Positions 17,569 through 25,205 of a DNA stretch of 32,000 bases are shown in pieces. The translations under genes and the position numbers were made by a program. This DNA is from Candidatus Saccharimonadota bacterium (GTDB taxonomy: Bacteria > Patescibacteriota > Saccharimonadia > Saccharimonadales > UBA4665). Positions within the stretch are counted from its first letter, which is position 1. Each line of letters starts with the position of its first letter. The notes beneath the pieces are model-generated. The model worked only from the letters and a program-made list of their open reading frames with translations, had not been told where the DNA came from and did no database searches. The stretch lies in assembly GCA_002952755.1 (NCBI GenBank), contig CP025011.1, positions 840,001-872,000 on the forward strand, in the 5' to 3' direction.

Positions 17569-18026
17569 CTATTTTTCTCCCAGTCTCGCACGACATAAAG
17601 CGCGTTGGTCTCTAGCTCTAATACATGTATATACTCAATATTTTGTGCAAAGGCTTTTTGTAAATCACTGGTTGCGACAATATTATTCTCGTAATAGCTT
17701 TCATCTACTTCGCTTTTTCGAATTGCATATACGATCTTTCGTATACCCGCCCAGTAGGCAGTAGCAAGGCACATAAGGCAGGGTTCCATAGAGGTGTACA
17801 GAACTGCACCCTCGAGATTTCTATGAACCAGTTCAATGGCATTTTCAATTGCATGTACTTCGGCATGGCGAAAGTCATGAGTATCACCACTCATGCCAGA
17901 CACTATTGGTGGCTCGCCAAGATAGCTCGCGGCGACGATTGCGCCGGCAGGAAATCTGCCTTGCTTAGCAGATTCTTTGGAGCGCATTATTGCCATCTTT
18001 AAGTAGTCTGTGTCATCTGATTTCAT
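17565..18026 (-). CDS. Cytidine/deoxycytidylate-type zinc deaminase (nucleoside, nucleotide or base deaminase)
   Basis: 153 aa. Shows HAEVHAI and PCLMC (the H-A-E / PCxxC zinc motifs). Confidence 0.85.
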   Translation of the reverse strand: MKSDDTDYLKMAIMRSKESAKQGRFPAGAIVAASYLGEPPIVSGMSGDTHDFRHAEVHAIENAIELVHRNLEGAVLYTSMEPCLMCLATAYWAGIRKIVYAIRKSEVDESYYENNIVATSDLQKAFAQNIEYIHVLELETNALYVVRDWEKNR

Positions 18027-18586
18027 AACAATTGCTTTTCCTCCATAATTTCGATAAGTTTTGGAAATGCCGAATACTCCTGACTCTGCTCAAGGTTAAA
18101 ATGTCCTTGGTTTGGGAGGACGAGCATCTGCGCTTTGCAATGGTCGGCCACAAACTGCGCTTGCTTAAGCGGTACGTATGGGTCGGTATCGGAATGGACG
18201 AATAAGAGCCTGTCCACGTTTTCTCGAATTGCTTGCCATTCAAATGGGACGTCAAACAAGCTATTGTTTGCCTCCCATTTAAGCGAGTTATCGTGAAAAA
18301 CAGAAACGGCAACAATGCCGCCAATCTTGGCCTTGCTTTCTTGAGCTAGAATGAGCGCAAGAATAGCGCCGCTGGAATGCCCAACAATAAGCGTGTCTTC
18401 GTCAATTGGGAATGGGCAACTTGCATACACATAGTCAGCTTCGGCGCGAAGGGACGGCTGCTCGGGGTGTGGTAGCTGCGGGAGCCAAACAAACAGCCCT
18501 TTGGCCTCTAGTTCACCCTTGAGCCATTGGAACCAGTTGCCGTTAGGCGAACCCATGGTGCCGTGAAGGATGACAGCGTTTTTCAT
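18023..18586 (-). CDS. Alpha/beta serine hydrolase, YdeN/RBBP9-like
   Basis: 187 aa. Shows ILHGTMGSPNGNWFQWL, nucleophile elbow VGHSSGA, D..VP and GHF. Confidence 0.75.
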   Translation of the reverse strand: MKNAVILHGTMGSPNGNWFQWLKGELEAKGLFVWLPQLPHPEQPSLRAEADYVYASCPFPIDEDTLIVGHSSGAILALILAQESKAKIGGIVAVSVFHDNSLKWEANNSLFDVPFEWQAIRENVDRLLFVHSDTDPYVPLKQAQFVADHCKAQMLVLPNQGHFNLEQSQEYSAFPKLIEIMEEKQLL

Positions 18587-19191
18587 GCATTCTCCTTACT
18601 CAAATGCTCGTGCACAATCTGCCAATCACCATTTATCCTTTTTAAGACATTCGTACCTTTACCCTCGTAAACTTGCCGCTTAATATACCGCACTGCTTCT
18701 TCAAGATTCGACTGTAATTCATTGGCAGTATCGACCTTCAGCGTTTGCTCCTTCCATGGAGTGTAGGCTTTACGTCGTTCTTCGACTCTCTCCCAAGTTA
18801 CTTCCGGCAGACCATGCAGGCTCCTGACACGTTCTTCGATACGTTTTTTGTGAAGAGCCGTGTCGCTGGTGGCGCATTCGATAATAATCAAAGTGGCATT
18901 TTGCTTTTTGGCAAGCTCCCGCCAGACACCTTTTGCTTCTTCCTCGGCATTGACGGCATCGATCACGACCGAGCTACCGAGTTTGAATTGCTCAGTAGCC
19001 AGGGATTCGGCAACAAGATAAGCTGCATAGCCTGTTTCGAAGCTCTTTTCTATACCAGATCTAATAATTGCTGACTCGATGGGATCAACAGAAAATAGCG
19101 GCAAACGTAGCTTCTTGGCCACCGCTTCAGCAAGGGTACTTTTGCCGCTGCCGGGCAGGCCAGAGAGGAGGATAAGGTTGTTTTTTGTCAC
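18583..19191 (-). CDS. P-loop kinase (AAA_33-like) with a short NTF2/SnoaL-like C-terminal tail
   Basis: 202 aa. Walker A LSGLPGSGKST. GTG start within a GTGA overlap. The tail VLKRINGDWQIVHEHLS resembles the last strand of SnoaL/DUF4440 proteins. Confidence 0.75.
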   Translation of the reverse strand: MTKNNLILLSGLPGSGKSTLAEAVAKKLRLPLFSVDPIESAIIRSGIEKSFETGYAAYLVAESLATEQFKLGSSVVIDAVNAEEEAKGVWRELAKKQNATLIIIECATSDTALHKKRIEERVRSLHGLPEVTWERVEERRKAYTPWKEQTLKVDTANELQSNLEEAVRYIKRQVYEGKGTNVLKRINGDWQIVHEHLSKENA

Positions 19192-19895
19192 GCCGCGATA
19201 CCCGTCACATTACCTGCCATGTCAGTCTGATATACTCCTTTGGATAAATCTACCAATGTAAGTTTGTTGCCGAACGGATCCTCGACAAGAGCGACTTTAC
19301 CAACCGGAATATCTTCAAGCGGCATTAGTATCTTGCCGCCTGCGCGTTCAAACACAGCGGCCGCATGCTCGGCCGATTCGACTAGAAAATCGGTTTCCGG
19401 GTCAAGTTTGGTACTGAGCACTAACTCGCTCTCGCCTAAGCGCACGGCTGCCATGTCTTCTTTTCTCCAAACAGTTTGCATACCAAGCTGTTCACGGTAA
19501 AAATCTAATCCTTCTTGGATGCTCGGCACTTTTACGAGTATCGCGTCTATTTTCTTGAGCACCGGTACGTCGTCGAGTCGAGTATCGGCTGTTATCTTCT
19601 CGCCAATTGCTATGTGGCGAAGTGCAATATCAACTCCTCGTTCGTGATCAAGCACCACATTTGGCGATTCGGAATGGTTTACATACCGTGCCAGTCCGCC
19701 TTCAAAAAGATAGATCTGTCCATTGATATTATGTGCTGCTAAGTATCGTTCTGATGGCAGTGCTTTTAGTTCTTTAAAACTTATAGGCTTAAAATCAATG
19801 CTTACAACCACTTCGCCCTTTTTAAACTCGCGGGCAGCGTAGATGGCCTTACCATTCATGAGCCCTTGGCCGATGGTTACGTCGGTGGTGTTCAT
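19188..19895 (-). CDS. SET-domain protein fused to a VOC (glyoxalase/bleomycin-resistance fold) domain
   Basis: N-terminal half: AAREFKKGEVV..ARYVNHSESPN..IAIGEKIT (SET motifs). C-terminal half: ILVKVPSIQEGLDFYREQLGM...VALVEDPFGNKLTLVD (VOC). ATG 19895 has GAGGAG upstream and forms an ATGA overlap with the upstream stop. Confidence 0.8.
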   Translation of the reverse strand: MNTTDVTIGQGLMNGKAIYAAREFKKGEVVVSIDFKPISFKELKALPSERYLAAHNINGQIYLFEGGLARYVNHSESPNVVLDHERGVDIALRHIAIGEKITADTRLDDVPVLKKIDAILVKVPSIQEGLDFYREQLGMQTVWRKEDMAAVRLGESELVLSTKLDPETDFLVESAEHAAAVFERAGGKILMPLEDIPVGKVALVEDPFGNKLTLVDLSKGVYQTDMAGNVTGIAA

Positions 19896-20338
19896 TTGGT
19901 CTCCTCTGGTGCTGGTACATCCGTAATCCAAAGCTTACTCTTATCGTCCGGGTTGCCATAGTTATAGTTCACGGTAATTTCTTCGCCGGGCTGAATGGCT
20001 TTAAGCGCGGTAAAAGTGATGGTCTTTTCGGTCAGGTTCTTTTTATAAGTGGCATTTGGTTCGTAGGAGTGATTGTAGAGTGAACCGAACCCCAGGCAGA
20101 TGACCACTGGTTTTTGGCCTTCAGTTTTTTCGCTCTCTTGATCCCAAATGAAGTAATAATTGCGCAGATGTGTCGCTTTGATGTGATCGTAATCTTGGGC
20201 GGCAAGCTCAAGGATGGGACATGTTTCGATTACTTCGCCTTCAGTAATATCCGCAGCAGCAAACATTCCGCGACCCGCGTTTTCAATGCGGGAATCGGCA
20301 AGATAAATTTTGGATGGTGGGGTGATGGGTTCGGTCAT
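19892..20338 (-). CDS. SET-domain protein (putative lysine methyltransferase fold)
   Basis: Shows ENAGRGMFAAADITEGEVI, GSLYNHSYEPN and IQPGEEITVNY. ATG 20338 is preceded by GAGGAGGA. The track's N-terminal extension to 20452 is unlikely. Confidence 0.85.
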   Translation of the reverse strand: MTEPITPPSKIYLADSRIENAGRGMFAAADITEGEVIETCPILELAAQDYDHIKATHLRNYYFIWDQESEKTEGQKPVVICLGFGSLYNHSYEPNATYKKNLTEKTITFTALKAIQPGEEITVNYNYGNPDDKSKLWITDVPAPEETK

Positions 20339-20486
20339 TACAAATCCTCCTCGGCAATAAGCGGCGTTATCTCTACAAATCAAAGCTCTTCTTTTGGCCG
20401 TCAATCCACCCGTAACATAGCGCCTCATCCAGAACACCGGCGTAACTAACAAGGGGAACGCCCGAGGTCTCAGTTTTCATCTTATT

Positions 20487-20495
20487 ATTATAGCA
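20487..20495 (-). promoter_or_regulatory. Candidate extended -10 element (TGCTATAAT) for the SET-led operon
   Basis: The minus strand reads TGCTATAAT about 150 nt upstream of ATG 20338. There is no good -35 element. Confidence 0.3.
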
Positions 20496-20566
20496 AAAAG
20501 CCCTGTGCAAGGATTATTGGATAGACGAAAAATAGTTCCGCTTAATTCGGTGCATTTTGACGATTA

Positions 20567-20881
20567 CTATAAGCGGGCAGGAATCTCAAAAACATCTCTC
20601 ACACCCTCGCTTTTTAGCTTTTCAGGCGTCACTAAGTCTTCCAAAATGATACTCTGTCCCAGTCGCAGCAGTGTCAAGCCATGCGAATATAGGCGCCTAT
20701 CAAGTTTATGACGAAACTCGTCGTCCCAGAAGTCGACACCGAGTGCCGCAACCCATTCGTCTACGTTGAGTCTGATGGCGCCTGTCGACTTCTCCAGTTC
20801 TCTGGCGGCAGTAGATTTACCGGCGCCAGGCAGGCCGCAAAAGGCATAGAGTACTGGCCGTTCATTGGTCTTCAATATCAT
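20567..20881 (-). CDS. P-loop NTPase (AAA_33-like), apparently C-terminally truncated
   Basis: 104 aa from ATG 20881 (GGAG upstream). Walker A FCGLPGAGKST. The protein ends about 25 aa after ..IILED, whereas the two paralogous kinases in this window are 175 and 202 aa. Confidence 0.6.
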   Translation of the reverse strand: MILKTNERPVLYAFCGLPGAGKSTAARELEKSTGAIRLNVDEWVAALGVDFWDDEFRHKLDRRLYSHGLTLLRLGQSIILEDLVTPEKLKSEGVRDVFEIPARL

Positions 20882-20900
20882 AGTAAATCTCCAAATCATA

Positions 20901-20940
20901 AACCGGGCAGTAGGCGCACATTGTCGCACACTGCCCGGTT
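20901..20940 (-). promoter_or_regulatory. Perfect 11-bp-stem hairpin in the 5' leader of the 20881 gene
   Basis: AACCGGGCAGT-(18 nt)-ACTGCCCGGTT. On the minus strand it is followed by TATGATTTGGAG (the RBS) and the ATG. Confidence 0.45.
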
Positions 20941-21214
20941 TAGATTAAGAAATAAGAGATAGCAATAGCAAAGCTACGCAAGGTAAGCGCGACAACTTAG
21001 TTATTGGTGTATGTAGCCATATAATTACTGTATCAGTATATTAAGCTTATGTCAATAATGCGTAGCATTTGTCTTTTCATGATACTTATGGTAATATAAG
21101 ATGACTAATCCAAGGAAAATACACCAGTGATAGATATCATCAACAGCTAAGAACGTTGGCACAACACCAGTCTAGCTTTGCTATTGATGACTTTTCTATC
21201 AGTTAAACCCTTGT

Positions 21215-21270
21215 AAAAGACCGAGCAGTTGTGTGGCGTTTATCGTCAATATTGCTCGGTCTTTTAGTTT
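21215..21270 (+). terminator. Intrinsic terminator / attenuator immediately upstream of the ABC-F start
   Basis: AAAAGACCGAGCA-(25 nt)-TGCTCGGTCTTTT-AGTTT. The GC core stem is a perfect 9 bp, extendable through A/U pairs. GGAG at 21271 and ATG at 21280 follow directly. Confidence 0.65.
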
Positions 21271-21279
21271 GGAGTTTTT

Positions 21280-22761
21280 ATGTTTGCCTTGCAACACATA
21301 CAAAAATCGTATGGCGACAAAATCATACTTTGCGACAGTAACTTCGCAGTTAACGAGGGCGAGGTAATTGCTCTAATCGGCGAAAACGGCGCTGGCAAAT
21401 CGACTCTGCTCCAAATCATTTTGGGCAAAGTTCAACCAGATAGTGGAAGCGTTGCGCTTCACCAGGAAACGATTGGCTATGTGCCACAAAAGACCAATAC
21501 CGATCAAACTATAAAGACGTTTTTTGATGCAGACGTCGACCCGTGGCGTATAGATTACGCGCTTACTATAGTAGGCCTTAGCGGGGTGGTGGATAATTCA
21601 CCTGTCAAAGCACTTAGTGGTGGTCAGAGAACTCGGTTGGCATTAGCAAGTGTACTAGCACAGAACCCTGAGCCCACAGTGCTGTTACTTGATGAACCTA
21701 CCAACAATCTCGACACTGAAGGGCTTGTATGGCTAGCCGAATTTATTCGGTCGTTTCGTGGTGCCATCGTATTAGTATGTCATGACCGTAACTTCATTAA
21801 TCAGGTCGCTACTGGTGTTGCCGAACTACGGAATGGCAAATTGCGTCACTACGGGGGTAATTACGATTTCTACAAAGAACAGCGTGCCATCGAGCATGAA
21901 GCTGAGAGAAGGCGTTACGCTCGCTACCTTACCGAGAAGAAACAACTTGAACAGGCTATCTCAGCCCAGCGAGAAAAAGGCCAACACGCACACAAGCATA
22001 TTAAGCGTAGCGACAACGACAAATATCAGCGGGATTTTTTCCGTAATAGAGTTACTGTTAAACTTGGCCAACAGGCTAGGGCACTCGAGACTCGCCTTGG
22101 CCAGCTTGAGGACGTTGAACGACCTGAGAGCGTTCGTAACTATGGACTAAAACTAAGCGGCACTGCCAATAATGAAAAGTTACTTTTACGCTTGAGCGAT
22201 ATCAATAAGTCTTTCGGCAATAATGTTCTAAGTAATATTAGTCTTGAGATAAGAGGTAGTGAGCACGTACACATAAGCGGTCATAACGGCGCTGGTAAGA
22301 CTACACTACTAAAGATGGCGGCAGGATTACTTGAGCCGGATAGCGGTGAACAGATTTTAGGCAGTGACGTACGGATTGGCTACTTTTCGCAAGACGTAGA
22401 CAGCCTTAGTTATACTCACACTGCACTCGAGAATTTGCAGTCCACCGCTGCGTCACCTACCGACATTTTCCGTGAAGCCAGGAGCCTCGGTTTAGATAGA
22501 CAAACCTTGCAGAAACTTCCAGGGCAACTGTCTCGTGGCCAGCAGGCTAAACTTGGCTTCGCAAAGCTGCTGCTAAATTCTAATCACCTACTCATTTTGG
22601 ACGAGCCGACCAACCACCTGGATATTTCTACACGTGAGCAGATTGAAGCCGCGTTATTGTCCTACCATGGGGCGCTGCTATTTGCTTCACATGACCGTTA
22701 TTTTTCAGACGCAATGCAGCCAACGAAAACACTGCAATTGACTAACGGAAGGTTGCACTAA
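21280..22761 (+). CDS. ABC-F family ATPase (two ABC domains, no TMD; translation factor or ribosome-protection type)
   Basis: 493 aa. First domain: GENGAGKST / LSGGQRTRLALA / LLLDEPTNNLD. Second domain: GHNGAGKTT / LSRGQQAKLGFA / LILDEPTNHLD. A charged linker of about 80 aa joins them (RRRYARYLTEKKQLEQ...). Confidence 0.9.
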   Translation: MFALQHIQKSYGDKIILCDSNFAVNEGEVIALIGENGAGKSTLLQIILGKVQPDSGSVALHQETIGYVPQKTNTDQTIKTFFDADVDPWRIDYALTIVGLSGVVDNSPVKALSGGQRTRLALASVLAQNPEPTVLLLDEPTNNLDTEGLVWLAEFIRSFRGAIVLVCHDRNFINQVATGVAELRNGKLRHYGGNYDFYKEQRAIEHEAERRRYARYLTEKKQLEQAISAQREKGQHAHKHIKRSDNDKYQRDFFRNRVTVKLGQQARALETRLGQLEDVERPESVRNYGLKLSGTANNEKLLLRLSDINKSFGNNVLSNISLEIRGSEHVHISGHNGAGKTTLLKMAAGLLEPDSGEQILGSDVRIGYFSQDVDSLSYTHTALENLQSTAASPTDIFREARSLGLDRQTLQKLPGQLSRGQQAKLGFAKLLLNSNHLLILDEPTNHLDISTREQIEAALLSYHGALLFASHDRYFSDAMQPTKTLQLTNGRLH

Positions 22762-22923
22762 AAGAAGTACTATAAGGGATTGACCCCCCTACAATCCAGT
22801 AGTAAGCTTGTAGCATGTCAAATATAGAGACTGTCAGATTTGATACCGTACCCTCGCACTTTCTCGGCTTACACTTTCATAGACTATAGATTAGACTGTC
22901 CTGTCATCTTATGAGGACAAATT

Positions 22924-22951
22924 AAAAAATCCAGACTTGAAAACAAGCCTG
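22924..22951 (-). terminator. Rho-independent terminator after the FAD monooxygenase gene
   Basis: The minus strand reads CAGGCTTG-TTTT-CAAGTCTG-GATTTTTT. The stem is 8 bp with one G:U pair, and it sits 10 nt past the stop at 22961. Confidence 0.7.
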
Positions 22952-22960
22952 AAGATTCGT

Positions 22961-24175
22961 CTAATAATCTTTGAGTACGATGTTATTTGCAGCCTTGGCT
23001 ACCGACTTAGTGATCATCTTAAACATACCGCTCATCAATCCAGGAACGCGTAATGTAACATTGCGGAGCAAGATGCGCAGACGCGAATTCTCGACCATAC
23101 TGTTTGCTACCATTTTGCCGATCTTCTGATTCCGCTGGGCAAATGGACGCATGCTTTGCTCGTATGCAGCAAATGCCGCAGCAAAGTCTCCATTTGCCAG
23201 TTTTAGTTCGCCCGCAAGCACGTATGCCCCCACGATTGCCAGGCTTGAGCCCTGGCCAGATAGTGGTGATGGACCATATGCCGCGTCGCCCACGAGAGCT
23301 ACACGACCCTTTGACCAGACGGACATATGAATTTGGCTGATACTGTCGAAGTAGAAATCCTTTGCCTCGTGCATATACTTTAGCAGCGTCTGCGTTTCCC
23401 AAGTCGTTTGATCGGCGAAAGCCGCGGCCACAAGTTTCTTTTGGGCCTCTGAGTCATGAAAATTATACTCGAGAGGCTTAGAACGGAACAAAAACATACC
23501 CTTGGCTTCAGTATTATTTCGCGCGCTATACATACCTACTGTTTTGCCAGGTACATTATGAAATAGCTCGCGATGATCAATGTTCAGATAATTGTCAAGC
23601 GTGAAGATTGAGATATAGCAGCCAAGCGGCGTGCTAAACTGCGACTCATTACCGAAGGTCAGTTTGCGGACACCGGAATGCATGCCGTCGGCACCAACCA
23701 CAAGATCAAAGGTTTGGGGCAGGGCATGTTCAAATTGCACTTGGATGCCGTCAGCCATTTCTTGCAGATCTGTAATCTGGTCGCCCCACATGTATTTGAC
23801 CGTATCTTTTGTAAGTCCATAGAGAATTTGGCTCAGATCGTCACGCATAATCTCTATGTCCACTCCTTGGTGATTGGCCATGGCGGCGTCACTCATCTGG
23901 CCTTCGGTCTTACCTTCGGCATTCACGAAATATACACCTTGCATTTCGGTATCCTGAGCACGAATTTCATCGAGGATACCCATCTTTTCAACCACTTTTA
24001 TGGCGGCGCCACGCAAATCGACACCATAACCACCAGGTCGGAGCGCAGGTGCGCGTTCGACTACAGTGACATCAAAGCCGTACTTATTGAGCCAATAGGC
24101 CAAAGCTGGTCCAGCAATACTAGCACCAGAGATTAAAACGCGCTTCTGCTGTGAAGTCCTATTTGTAGTAGGCAT
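22961..24175 (-). CDS. FAD-dependent monooxygenase (group A flavin hydroxylase fold, as in the UbiH and TetX families)
   Basis: 404 aa. Shows the N-terminal dinucleotide fold VLISGASIAGPALAYWL..V.VVER, DLVVGADGMHS, and VALVGDAAYGPSPLSGQG. Confidence 0.85.
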   Translation of the reverse strand: MPTTNRTSQQKRVLISGASIAGPALAYWLNKYGFDVTVVERAPALRPGGYGVDLRGAAIKVVEKMGILDEIRAQDTEMQGVYFVNAEGKTEGQMSDAAMANHQGVDIEIMRDDLSQILYGLTKDTVKYMWGDQITDLQEMADGIQVQFEHALPQTFDLVVGADGMHSGVRKLTFGNESQFSTPLGCYISIFTLDNYLNIDHRELFHNVPGKTVGMYSARNNTEAKGMFLFRSKPLEYNFHDSEAQKKLVAAAFADQTTWETQTLLKYMHEAKDFYFDSISQIHMSVWSKGRVALVGDAAYGPSPLSGQGSSLAIVGAYVLAGELKLANGDFAAAFAAYEQSMRPFAQRNQKIGKMVANSMVENSRLRILLRNVTLRVPGLMSGMFKMITKSVAKAANNIVLKDY

Positions 24176-24179
24176 ACAT

Positions 24180-24815
24180 TTATTCCTTTGTATTATGTAC
24201 CATTAGCATGACCGTTCCATAGAGCAAATGAGTAAATTTTTCTACGTCTAGTCCTGGTCGTTTGCCAAGCTGAGCCAAAAAGCTATCTCGCGCACCGTCA
24301 ATCAGCAGTGCCGTGTGGTAGGTGTCGATCTTTCCAAATTCGCCACTCGCTACGCCCTTTTCCAAAATAGCAAGCAGCATGCTAAAGAGCGGGCTAGCAT
24401 CTGCCCCGAGATAAGTTAGTGCTCCCTGTGTGTTTCTAAGGCTAAACATGATCTCTGCTGCTGCCTGGAAAGGTTCAGGATGCGCACAAATCGCAGCAAT
24501 GTCGGACTCGATCAGTACTCGTATTTTGTCCGTCGCTGTCGTGGCGGCTGCGATTTTATTGGCAACTGTAGCAGCACGCTCGGCCAAAATAATTCGCAGT
24601 GTTTCGCGCATCAACTCATCTTTATCTCGAAAATGGTAAGAGATAAGCCCCGAATTAATGCCAGCCTGGGCTGCGATCTTTGAAAAAGTGGCATTGAGGT
24701 ATCCATAATTAGCAAGCACAACAATGGCAGCATCGATGATTTGCTTACGTCGGGCTTGTTCAATGAAGGTTTTAGAATCATCCATTTGGTCATGGGAACT
24801 ATTTTTTGGTTGCAT
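24180..24815 (-). CDS. TetR/AcrR family transcriptional regulator
   Basis: HTH: IIDAAIVVLANYGYLNATFSKIAAQAGINSGLISYHFRDKDEL. ATG 24815 is preferred to the track's TTG 24821. There are 4 nt between its stop codon and the monooxygenase start. Confidence 0.85.
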   Translation of the reverse strand: MQPKNSSHDQMDDSKTFIEQARRKQIIDAAIVVLANYGYLNATFSKIAAQAGINSGLISYHFRDKDELMRETLRIILAERAATVANKIAAATTATDKIRVLIESDIAAICAHPEPFQAAAEIMFSLRNTQGALTYLGADASPLFSMLLAILEKGVASGEFGKIDTYHTALLIDGARDSFLAQLGKRPGLDVEKFTHLLYGTVMLMVHNTKE

Positions 24816-24843
24816 GACCAAACTTTACTACATCTGAGACAAA

Positions 24844-24885
24844 GTTGCAAGTACTAGCTGCAACTGCGGCCTCTATTCGCGAATA
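24844..24885. promoter_or_regulatory. Two palindromes upstream of the TetR-monooxygenase pair, candidate operators
   Basis: GTTGCA-(9 nt)-TGCAAC at 24844-24864, and the 12-bp perfect palindrome TATTCGCGAATA at 24874-24885. Confidence 0.4.
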
Positions 24886-24947
24886 TAGAAGGCTATATCC
24901 TGTAGGGCGGGCGGGAAATCTGAGATATCGAAACTCGGCTCTACGCA

Positions 24948-25205
24948 CTAAAAAAGTCTACATTTGTATCTGTAGACTTGGCAAAAATTCCTAATAGGGG
25001 CTACAGGTAGTGCTGGAAGCCGATCTTGACGCCTCTTATCCCATTCATGACCAAGATCGGCACCAAGCGACCACCCAACAATGACAGATTTATCCTTGCA
25101 AACACTATCAACCGCTACTTTGACATCACTCAAAAAACCGCTAAACGAATAATCGTCTGAAACATTATTTCCGAGCCTCGCCCTGGAACATCCAGCGCAC
25201 CCCAT
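24948..25205 (-). pseudogene. Remnant of an alpha/beta hydrolase
   Basis: Only about 60 aa look homologous (..FLSDVKVAVDSVCKDKSVIVGWSLGADLG.., a GxSxG elbow). The fragment overlaps the 3' end of the upstream VOC gene by 41 nt and lacks the N- and C-terminal parts of the fold. Confidence 0.35.

Noticed and set aside
23019-24136. ORFs of 127, 78, 63 and 152 aa overlapping the FAD monooxygenase gene.
   Set aside because: They are out-of-frame or antisense shadows of a motif-supported 404-aa gene, and they carry no recognisable domains.
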